64,000 bases of DNA from Piromyces finnis finn (Eukaryota > Fungi > Neocallimastigomycota): assembly GCA_002104945.1 (NCBI GenBank), contig MCFH01000012.1, positions 372,001 through 436,000 on the forward strand. Reading direction: 5' to 3'. Below the pieces are notes generated by a model. That model did no database searches and was not told the origin of the DNA. It worked only from the letters and a program-made list of their open reading frames with translations. The number at the start of each line of letters is the position of its first letter. Positions within the stretch are counted from its first letter, which is position 1. Both the position numbers and the translations under genes were made by a program. Below, piece by piece: positions 28,101 through 41,241 of the stretch.

Positions 28101-28717
28101 ATTATAAATTCTTTTTCTTTGAAACATTAAAAAAAGTTTTTATATATATATATATATTTATTTATCCCATTCAATTATCATAATTTTTATATAAAGACAA
28201 GAGTGAACTAGTATAAATAAATGTTTATAAAAATGTTATAATAAATGATATTACTAAATATTTATTCTTACTTTTTTCTTTATCTATATATACAGTTTAA
28301 GTTTTGGGTAATTTCTTTTCTTTTCTTTTTTTTTTTATTTCAAATCTACATTCAATTTTTTTTTTTAAAAAAGGGAACAAGAAGAGAGAATAAAAACTAA
28401 ACATAATTATAAATTTTTTTGGTTTATTTTGGGTAAAAAAAATTCTTGTTTTTTTTAATTTTAAAAGTGTCACTTTTCAACTCTTTTTTTTTTTTTAATT
28501 TTTTTTATTATTAGTACAAAAGATGAAGGCTTTTTTTTAAGTGTGTGTCAAGATATCTTTTTTTTTTTTTTTTTTACTTTAAATATATTTTGTTCAAATG
28601 GATAGGGTAAAAAAAAAAGATATCTTTTTACCTTATCGAAATGAAAAAAAAAATAAAAAAAAAATTGAAAATACAATTATGTATTTATACAATTTTTAAA
28701 TCAAAATACACCTACAC

Positions 28718-28806
28718 CTAGCCTCTAGCATCTAGCATCTAGCATCTAGCATCTAGCCTCTAGCCTCTAGCCTCTAGCCTCTAGCCTCTAGCCTCTAGCC
28801 TCTAGC
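28718..28806. repeat. 7-bp minisatellite (CTAGCAT / CTAGCCT), about 12-13 units
   Basis: Read directly; a CTAGCAT block is followed by a CTAGCCT block. Confidence 0.95.
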
Positions 28807-29173
28807 ACTTATCCAATATGTCAATAATAATGTAGATAGTAAATACAAAAAAAAAAAAAAAAACAATTTTTATTCAATTTAAAAATAAATCTTTTCATTT
28901 GATCTTTTTTTTTTTTTTTTAAAAAAGAAATAACCATTCAAATTTATTTTTTTTTTAGAAAAACAGCAACAACCTTGAAAGTTGCCTTTTTAAAATTTGA
29001 AAAAATATTTTTTTTTCAAAAATCTTTGATTTCAAAAAAAAAAACTTTATTTAATAATAAAAATTTTATAATTCATTTATTAATTAAGAAAAAAAAAAAA
29101 AAATTTTTTTATCAAGACCAAGTTTTGACCTTTTTTTTTTTTTTCTATTTTATAAAAGAATAAAAGAAAGAAA

Positions 29174-32598
<3,425 letters not shown>

Positions 32599-33059
32599 TG
32601 AAAGGATGTATTATTAGGATGCTATTTTATACACACACACACACACACACACAATAATAATGATAATAAAATTCTTTTTTTTTTTTTTTTAAAAAAAATA
32701 AGAAGTAAAAAAAAAATAATAATAATAATAATAAAAAAATAAATTTGATTATACCCATTCTATTCTATTCTCTTTTTTTCTCTTCCTTTTCTTTTTTTTT
32801 CTTTCTTTTTTTATTAAAAGAAAACCATTTTTTATTAATAGATTAAAATAAGAAAAAAAAAAAAAATAGTCACTTTAAAATAATAGGAATAAATCTATAA
32901 TACTATCTTTTTTTTTTTTTTTTATAATAAATAATAAAATCGTCTAATTTTTTTTTATATTGAAAACCTAAAAATTCTTTTTAATTTTTTCAAAATGGGT
33001 AAAAAATACAAAAAAAAAAAAAAAGGTAAATAGAAAGTAAAAAATGATCATCATAAAAT

Positions 33060-33096
<37 letters not shown>

Positions 33097-33203
33097 TATT
33101 TTTTTATTTTTATTTTATTTTTTATTTTTTTTTTCTTTGTAACGATTATTACAATTAGCAATTAGATTATCGTAGGTGGGTGTATAAAAGTTTTTATTAT
33201 TTT

Positions 33204-33241
<38 letters not shown>

Positions 33242-33772
33242 AATAATAAATAAAAATGGAATTAAATTAAAAATTGAATATTTTTCTTAAAGGTATATAT
33301 ATACAATTATTTAATTTGTATATTATTATTATTATTTTTTTTTTTCTATTATATATATGCTTTTATTATTATTACTATGGTTTGTGTATGTATGCTTTTT
33401 TTTTTCTTTATATAAAATATTATTATAAAAAGGTTTATAACAGGCTTTGATTTTTTTTTTTTTTTTTCATTATTTAACACATTGCTGGATGATGAATTAA
33501 TGTTTATATATATTATAGTATTATTTATAGTAGTAGTAGTAGTTTTTTTTTTTTTTTTTTTCCTGACGATAAAACTTGAATTCTAAAAACTTTTTTTTTT
33601 TAAAATTTTTTTTTTTTTGAATTTGTTAGTGTATAAAATAAAAATAGAAAAATGTATAGGCAGAGGCATATATATATATAGGTGTGTGTGTGTGTGTATG
33701 TTTTTTTGTGTAAAAAAATAAAATGGTATAAATATTAATCTTGTATTTCAAATGAAACTATTAAACTTTTTT

Positions 33773-36085
33773 TTAAAATAATTTAGAAACTTGATAAAAT
33801 AGAGCTGATACTATCCACGCTAGAACTGTAGTATAAACAGCTGTAAATCCAGCCCATTTCCATCCTGCTTCATGATTAATAGCAACTATAGTTGCTATAC
33901 ATGGGAAATAGAATAGAGTAAATAACATGTAGGCATAAGCTCCTCTGGCATCAAGATCGCCACTATCCTTAAGTTTGACAGATAAGTTATTTGCTAATGA
34001 TTCTTCATCATCTTTTTCTTCTTCTTCTTGTACATTCTCAGCATCCTCTTCACTGCTATATAAAATATTCAAGGTAGACACTACAACTTCCTTAGCACCA
34101 ACACCTGCTATTAAACTAACATCCATCTTCCAATTGAAACCTTGTGGAACAAAGACGGGTTCAATGAAATGTCCAATAACACCAAGACAGGTTTCTTCAT
34201 TTTTTAAATGTCCCTTTTCATCTTTATGATTTGGATAGTTGGAAAGGAACCAAATAACAATACTTGCTGCTAAAATGACCGTTGCCATTTTTTTCAAGTA
34301 TTGTTTTGCTCTTTCCCAGGCGTGTTTTAAAACATTAAGAAGGGATGGTAATCTATATTCAGGAAGTTCCATAATAAAGTTCATTTCCTTTTCCTTGACA
34401 AGGAAAAGACTAAATAATTTAGCTAAAATTAAAGCAACAATAATACCTATAGCATAAATAGAGAAAATAATAAGAAAAGAGTAACCGGGGAAGAATACTC
34501 TACATAAAACATTATATACTGGAATTCTAGCAGAACAAGAGAACAAGGAAGCAACAAGAATAGTAACAACACGATTCTTTCTGTTTTCAATAGAACGTGT
34601 AGACATAATGGCTGGTACATTACATCCAAAACCACAAATCATTGGAATAAAGGATTTACCGTGAAGGCCAAAGGCTCTCATAATACGATCTAAAATAAAA
34701 GCAGCACGTGCCATGTAACCACTGTCTTCCATGATGGAAACACAAACATACAAAATAAGAATGTTTGGAAGGAAAACAATGACGCCACCAACACCACTTA
34801 TAATACCATCAACCAGTAAATCTTTGAACCATCCATCTGAGAGAGCATTACCAACAACTTCTCCTAACCATTCAAATAAGGCTTCAATCCATCCCATAGG
34901 ATAGTCACCTACCTTGAATGTGAGTATAAAAAGAATAAGAATGACAATACAAAAGATAGGGAAACCAAGCCATCTATTAGTAACAATAGAATCAATTCTT
35001 GCAGTGAGTTTACCCTTTCCATTCTTACTTCTTGTATAGATGCCTTCTAACATTTGATTGATAAAGGCATAACATTCTCCGGTATTCTTGGTATCAATAA
35101 GGGCGGTTTGTTTATTGAATTTTGGTGTGGTATCCTTAACCGCTAAAACCTCATCAAATAATTGTTTTAAACCCTTACCATAATTAGAAACGGTTGGCAT
35201 AAATTTCATGCCAAAACGTTTACTTAATTCTTCATGATCAATGGAATCGCCTCTCTTTTCCAATTCATCATACATATTTAAGGCACCAACCATTGGAACA
35301 CCAGCTTTTTGAGCCTGTAAAGTTAAGTAAAGGTTACGTTCCAAATTGTTGGAGTCAAGTACATTAAGGATGACATCAACCTTATTATTTTGTAAATAAT
35401 CTTCAACATACTTTTCTTCAGGAGAATAAGAAGCCAATGAATATGTACCTGGTAAATCCACGAGTTTAACCTTACAACCATTGTGAATAAATGTACCTTC
35501 TTTTGAATCAACGGTTACCCCACAATAATTACCTTCCTTTTCGTGACCACCACTAATATGATTGAAGAGGGTAGTCTTACCACAGTTTGGATTACCGATA
35601 AGAGCAACGGTAATCGTTTGACCATTCCATTTTCTATTACGTAAATTAGTGACAACCTTATTTTTCTTTTTTTTACACTCCTTTTCTTCTGGACAAAATT
35701 TACAGAAATTGGATATATTCTCTTCTTCTATTGTTTTAATCTCAATTTCAGAATGTTGACTATCATCATTTAATTTATCTGTTGTTTCAACTTTTACCGC
35801 CGCATTACCTTCTTCTTCTTCAATACAGAAAACACTTGCTGGACAAGTATCTTTTTCAACGGGTTCTCTTGAAACTTCAATATTTTTAGTTTCAGAACGA
35901 CGTAAGGTGACAGTCGTACCCATAATTTCATATTCCACTGGATCCATTAATGGCGCTTTCATGTGGTTATAAATTTTTTCACCACGTATGAAACCGATCT
36001 CTGAGAGTCGACGTGCAAATGCTTTATCGCCATTAACCTGCAATATGTAAGCCGATTCACCGATTTTTAAATCTGAAAGTTTCAT
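33773..36085 (-). CDS. feoB: FeoA-FeoB fusion ferrous iron transporter, copy 1 (770 aa, intronless)
   Basis: N-terminal FeoA (RRLSEIGFIRG..APLMDP), G1 GNPNCGKT, G2 GVT, G3 DLPG, SPEE, G4 NMYD, and transmembrane/gate motifs EDSGYMARAAF, GFGCNVPAIM, CSARIP, GAKEVVVST and LFYFPCIATI. Confidence 0.96.
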   Translation of the reverse strand: MKLSDLKIGESAYILQVNGDKAFARRLSEIGFIRGEKIYNHMKAPLMDPVEYEIMGTTVTLRRSETKNIEVSREPVEKDTCPASVFCIEEEEGNAAVKVETTDKLNDDSQHSEIEIKTIEEENISNFCKFCPEEKECKKKKNKVVTNLRNRKWNGQTITVALIGNPNCGKTTLFNHISGGHEKEGNYCGVTVDSKEGTFIHNGCKVKLVDLPGTYSLASYSPEEKYVEDYLQNNKVDVILNVLDSNNLERNLYLTLQAQKAGVPMVGALNMYDELEKRGDSIDHEELSKRFGMKFMPTVSNYGKGLKQLFDEVLAVKDTTPKFNKQTALIDTKNTGECYAFINQMLEGIYTRSKNGKGKLTARIDSIVTNRWLGFPIFCIVILILFILTFKVGDYPMGWIEALFEWLGEVVGNALSDGWFKDLLVDGIISGVGGVIVFLPNILILYVCVSIMEDSGYMARAAFILDRIMRAFGLHGKSFIPMICGFGCNVPAIMSTRSIENRKNRVVTILVASLFSCSARIPVYNVLCRVFFPGYSFLIIFSIYAIGIIVALILAKLFSLFLVKEKEMNFIMELPEYRLPSLLNVLKHAWERAKQYLKKMATVILAASIVIWFLSNYPNHKDEKGHLKNEETCLGVIGHFIEPVFVPQGFNWKMDVSLIAGVGAKEVVVSTLNILYSSEEDAENVQEEEEKDDEESLANNLSVKLKDSGDLDARGAYAYMLFTLFYFPCIATIVAINHEAGWKWAGFTAVYTTVLAWIVSALFYQVSKLF

Positions 36086-37273
36086 ACTGATTTTGTTATT
36101 TAACTTTGGATTAAATTTTTAAAAAAATAAATGATAATTTTAATATATATGTTCTCTTATAACATATATATTAAAATCTTTCTTTTGAAATTCAAATGAT
36201 TTTTTTTGTTTTTGGTTTTGTTTATTGATTTATACTTTCAATTTTCAATTTTTATATTTTTAATACTATTAAGAATTATTATTAAAAATCTTTTAAATTT
36301 TTTTTTTTTACCTTTTCCCTTTTAACAATGCCTTTCTTTTCCTTTTTTTTTTTATTTTTTATTTTGCTGTTTATTATTACTTTTTTTTTTCCTTTTTTTT
36401 TTTACTTTTCTTTCTTTTCACCAAAATTTCTTAATGGAAAGGAAAAAAAAAAAAAAGAAAAAATAAATATGAAAATATTAATAAAAAAATTGTTTTTTTT
36501 TTCTAGAATGAAAATATAAAATAATTTTATTGGATCAATATCCCATATATAAATAAAAAATTATCTATCAATCTAGTATAAGAAATAAAAAATAAATGAA
36601 TGAATCATTAAATAATAAATGAAGAAAATAACTAATTAATTAAATGAATGGATAATTAATTAACTAAATAAATTACTACGAATTCATTATTGAAAGGATT
36701 AGGATTAGTAAAAAAGGGATTTTTTAACAACAGCAATCTATCTATAATGTCAATATAGTATAATATATGAATTGAATAAATAAATAATATATTTGATTCA
36801 TTATATTCGTTCATACTATAAATATATTCTTCCATATATTATTAATATATGATGTAGAATCAAGGATGAATCTATCATTTAATATATGCTTTGCAATTTA
36901 AAATTCTATTCTACATTATACTGACAAATATATTATTTTTAATTAACAATATAAATTGCTTTGTGTGACATTCATTCTTAAAATAATTAATAAAAAAAAA
37001 TTAAAAAAAAAGTGCTGAATTTTAAAAGAGCGTTTTAGTTACCCTTTTATGGTACGGTACAGAGAAAAAATGATATAGGATGGAAGAAAGAAAAAGGTTC
37101 AAAGAACAGGCATAAATAACCTAATACTATTAAAAAATATTGTGTTTTTTATTTTTTAATGCTATAAAAGTATATTCTATTTTTAAATATATATATAATA
37201 TTATTTTAGTTTTGTAATGGCAATACTTTTAAAAAATATTTAAATATATCCTATGAATATTACCTTTGATAAA

Positions 37274-37750
37274 AAAATTGGTATAGGTAGGTATAATGAG
37301 TATAGAAAGCAAATTTAGTTGGTAGTAGTATTAAAATTGGTATAGGTAGGTATAATGAGTATAGAAAGCAAATTTAGTTGGTAGTAGTATTAAAATTGGT
37401 ATAGGTAGGTATAATGAGTATAGAAAGCAAATTTAGTTGGTAGTAGTATTAAAATTGGTATAGGTAGGTATAATGAGTATAGAAAGTAAATTTAGTTGGT
37501 AGTAGTATTAAAATTGGTATAGGTAGGTATAATGAGTATAGAAAGCAAATTTAGTTGGTAGTAGTATTAAAATTGGTATAGGTAGGTATAATGAGTATAG
37601 AAAGCAAATTTAGTTGGTAGTAGTATTAAAATTGGTATAGGTAGGTATAGTGAGTATAGAAAGCAAATTTAGTTGGTAGTAGTATTAAAATTGGTATAGG
37701 TAGGTATAGTGAGTATAGAAAGCAAATTTAGTTGGTAGTAGTATTAAAAT
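37274..37750. repeat. 59-bp minisatellite, 8 copies
   Basis: Unit AAAATTGGTATAGGTAGGTATAATGAGTATAGAAAGCAAATTTAGTTGGTAGTAGTATT. Copy 4 has a C>T change; copies 7 and 8 share an A>G change. There are no spacers. Confidence 0.97.
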
Positions 37751-38844
37751 AAATATAATGGTTAAAAAAAATATAATGCTTTAATTGTTCAATGGAAAAA
37801 ATTATGAATCCTTCAAATCGTTACAATAAAATTTTATAACTTTCTTCCAGTTATTTTAATGCATCCTATAGCCTTCGAGACATCTTTGTTTCTTTATACT
37901 AAAAAAGGATAGGGATAAAATAGATTTTTATAATTTATGTTGTGAGTTGTTAAAATAAAATAAAATAAAAAAAGAGTGTGTTCAATTTCTTTTGATTTAT
38001 TTTTTAAATATGTATTGTTTATTTTATTTTCTATTTATATTTTTGTTATTTTTTTTATGTATATTAATATGATGGTATATAGATATATATTTTTTTACAT
38101 TGTTGTATATTATTTATTTATATTTTTTTTGTTCATATTATGTATATAGGAATACTATGGTATAGTTATTATATATTAATAATAATTATAGAGTTTAATG
38201 CCGAATTAAAACCTAAAAAATATTTTTAATATATTTAGTTTATACAAAAGAATTCTTTTTTTTTTTTTTTTAAAAAAAAAAAAACTTAAATCGTCCATAC
38301 TAATACTATTTAATTAAAACAGAGTTCATCTCTTTTTTATATATATATTTATTTATTTAAATTATTAATTTTAAAATATATAATATATATATATTTTTTA
38401 AAAAAAAATATAGTTTAGGGATGGATAGATGATAAAATGATAAATAGATAGATATATTTTTTATTTTTTATGTAATTACTCTTTTATTCTGTAAAGAGTT
38501 AAAAAAAATAATTCAAGTTTAAAAAAATATTAATGATAAATTCAGTGATATTGATATTTTGTAAATTAAATTTATATGAATAAACTTCTTTTACCAATTG
38601 TCCTTAAATTAAATGATATTTTAAAATATTAATTTATACTATCTTTTTTTTTTTTTCAAAAAAAAAAAAAAGATTATTTCTCAGGTAGGCAGATATACTT
38701 TAAACGAAACTGAAATAAATAATAGGAAGAATGATGATATTAGTTAATAGATATTATGAAATAAAAAAAAATAGAAAATGCAACATTCTAAGGGAAATGA
38801 TGATCTACTTTTTTTTTCTTCTTCTATAATTTCAGTATAGTTGC

Positions 38845-41241
38845 TTAAAATAATTTGGCAATTCTGTAAAAGACTGCAGAAACTACCCAAGCTAATACTA
38901 ATGAATAGGTAACAACAAAACCGGCCCATTTCCAACCAGCTTCATAACCAATGGTGGCAATGGTAGCAACACATGGGAAGTAAAGTAAAGTGAATAACAT
39001 GTATGAATAGGCACCTATAGGATCAAGATCACCACTGGCTCTCATTTTTTCAGAGAGATTCTTGGCTTGAGCTTCTTCTTCATCTTCTTCTTCCTCTTCT
39101 TCTTCCTCCTTACCTTCACCTTCCTTTCCAGCTTCAGCTCCAGCATCATCACCAGCTTCTTCTTCTGGACCTTCATCTTCACCACCATATAAAATGTTCA
39201 AGGTGGAAACAACAATTTCCTTGGCACTTAAACCAGCTAATAAACCGACATCCATCTTCCAATTAAAACCTTGTGGAACAAAGACTGGTTCAATGAATTT
39301 ACCGACACGACCTAAACAACTGTCTTCAGTTTTGAAATTTCCATTTTCGTCTTCATGGTGTGGGAAGTAGGAAAGGAACCAAATAATTACACTAGCACCT
39401 AAAATGACAGTACCCATCTTTATTAAGTATTGCTTAGATCTTTCCCAGGCATGTTTTAAAACATTCCAGATGTATGGAATTCTGTAATCTGGAAGTTCCA
39501 TTAAATAGTTCATTTCCTTTTCCTTGACAAGGAAAAGACTAAATAATTTAGCTAGGATTAAAGCAATGATGATACCGACAACGTAGATAGAAAAGATAAT
39601 GATGAAAGAATAATCCGGGAAGAAAACCTTACAGAGAACACTGTAAACTGGAATTCTAGCAGAACAAGAGAACAAGGAAGCAACAAGAATAGTAACTAAA
39701 CGATTCTTTCTGTTTTCAATAGAACGTGTAGACATAATGGCTGGTACATTACATCCAAAACCACAAATCATTGGAATAAAGGATTTACCGTGAAGGCCAA
39801 AGGCTCTCATAATACGATCTAAAATAAAAGCAGCACGTGCCATGTAGCCACTATCTTCCATGATGGAAACACAAACATACAAAATGATAATGTTTGGAAG
39901 GAAAACAACAACACCACCGACACCACCAATAATACCATCAACCAGTAAATCTTTGAACCATCCGTCCTTCATACCACTATCTGAAATTAAACTTCCAAGC
40001 CATTCGAATAAGGCTTCAATCCATCCCATAGGATAATCACCAATCTTGAAGGTTAACCAGAATACAGCAAATATAATAAGACAGAAGACGGGGAAACCAA
40101 GCCATCTATTAGTAACAATAGAATCAATTCTTGCAGTGAGTTTACCCTTTCCATTCTTACTTCTTGTATAGATGCCTTCTAACATTTGATTGATAAAGGC
40201 ATAACATTCTCCGGTATTCTTGGTATCAATAAGGGCGGTTTGTTTATTGAATTTTGGTGTGGTATCCTTAACCGCTAAAACCTCATCAAATAATTGTTTT
40301 AAACCCTTACCATAGTTAGAGGCGGTTGGCATAAATTTCATGCCAAAACGTTTACTTAATTCTTCATGATCAATGGAATCGCCTCTCTTTTCCAATTCAT
40401 CATACATATTTAAGGCACCAACCATTGGAACACCAGCTTTTTGAGCCTGTAAAGTTAAGTAAAGGTTACGTTCCAAATTGTTGGAGTCAAGTACATTAAG
40501 GATGACATCAACCTTATTATTTTGTAAATAATCTTCAACATACTTTTCTTCAGGAGAATAAGAAGCCAATGAATATGTACCTGGTAAATCAATGAGTTTA
40601 ACCTTACAACCGTTGTGAATGAAGACACCTTCTTTTGAATCAACGGTTACCCCACAATAATTACCTTCCTTTTCATGACCACCACTAATATTATTGAAGA
40701 GGGTAGTCTTACCACAGTTTGGATTACCGATAAGAGCAACGGTAATTGTTTGACCATTCCATTTTCTGAAACGTAAATTAGAAAGGACATAACCCTTTTT
40801 CTTTTCACAATCCTTTTCTTCTGGACAGAATTTACAGAAATTTGGAGTAGCTTTTTCAATTTCTTCAGTAGTGGCATCTTCAATATCGATATTAACATCA
40901 GAGATATCAGTTGTTTTTTTATTACAACGGCAACTGCCTTCCTTTTTACCACTGCAGCAGTTACCTTCTTCTTGACCTAATGAGGTATAACTAGATGGGC
41001 ATTTAATTTTTTCAACAGGTTCCTTAGAAACTTCAATATTTTTAGTTTCAGAACGACGTAAGGTGACGGTCGTACCCATAATTTCATATTCCACTGGATC
41101 CATTAATGGCGCTTTCATGTGGTTATAAATTTTTTCACCACGTATGAAACCGATCTCTGAGAGTCGACGTGCAAATGCTTCTTCGCCATTAACCTGCAAT
41201 ATGTAAGCCGATTCACCGATTTTTAAATCTGAAAGTTTCAT
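38845..41241 (-). CDS. feoB: FeoA-FeoB fusion ferrous iron transporter, copy 2 (798 aa, intronless)
   Basis: Same motif set as copy 1, with a longer Cys-rich linker and a longer acidic loop. Confidence 0.96.
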   Translation of the reverse strand: MKLSDLKIGESAYILQVNGEEAFARRLSEIGFIRGEKIYNHMKAPLMDPVEYEIMGTTVTLRRSETKNIEVSKEPVEKIKCPSSYTSLGQEEGNCCSGKKEGSCRCNKKTTDISDVNIDIEDATTEEIEKATPNFCKFCPEEKDCEKKKGYVLSNLRFRKWNGQTITVALIGNPNCGKTTLFNNISGGHEKEGNYCGVTVDSKEGVFIHNGCKVKLIDLPGTYSLASYSPEEKYVEDYLQNNKVDVILNVLDSNNLERNLYLTLQAQKAGVPMVGALNMYDELEKRGDSIDHEELSKRFGMKFMPTASNYGKGLKQLFDEVLAVKDTTPKFNKQTALIDTKNTGECYAFINQMLEGIYTRSKNGKGKLTARIDSIVTNRWLGFPVFCLIIFAVFWLTFKIGDYPMGWIEALFEWLGSLISDSGMKDGWFKDLLVDGIIGGVGGVVVFLPNIIILYVCVSIMEDSGYMARAAFILDRIMRAFGLHGKSFIPMICGFGCNVPAIMSTRSIENRKNRLVTILVASLFSCSARIPVYSVLCKVFFPDYSFIIIFSIYVVGIIIALILAKLFSLFLVKEKEMNYLMELPDYRIPYIWNVLKHAWERSKQYLIKMGTVILGASVIIWFLSYFPHHEDENGNFKTEDSCLGRVGKFIEPVFVPQGFNWKMDVGLLAGLSAKEIVVSTLNILYGGEDEGPEEEAGDDAGAEAGKEGEGKEEEEEEEEDEEEAQAKNLSEKMRASGDLDPIGAYSYMLFTLLYFPCVATIATIGYEAGWKWAGFVVTYSLVLAWVVSAVFYRIAKLF

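Noticed and set aside
36086-36150. TGATAA in the shared FeoAB upstream region as an iron-responsive GATA site
   Set aside because: A single hexamer is expected by chance at this AT content.
37274-37750. 59-bp array as a CRISPR array
   Set aside because: The units are contiguous with no unique spacers, there are no cas genes, and the context is eukaryotic.
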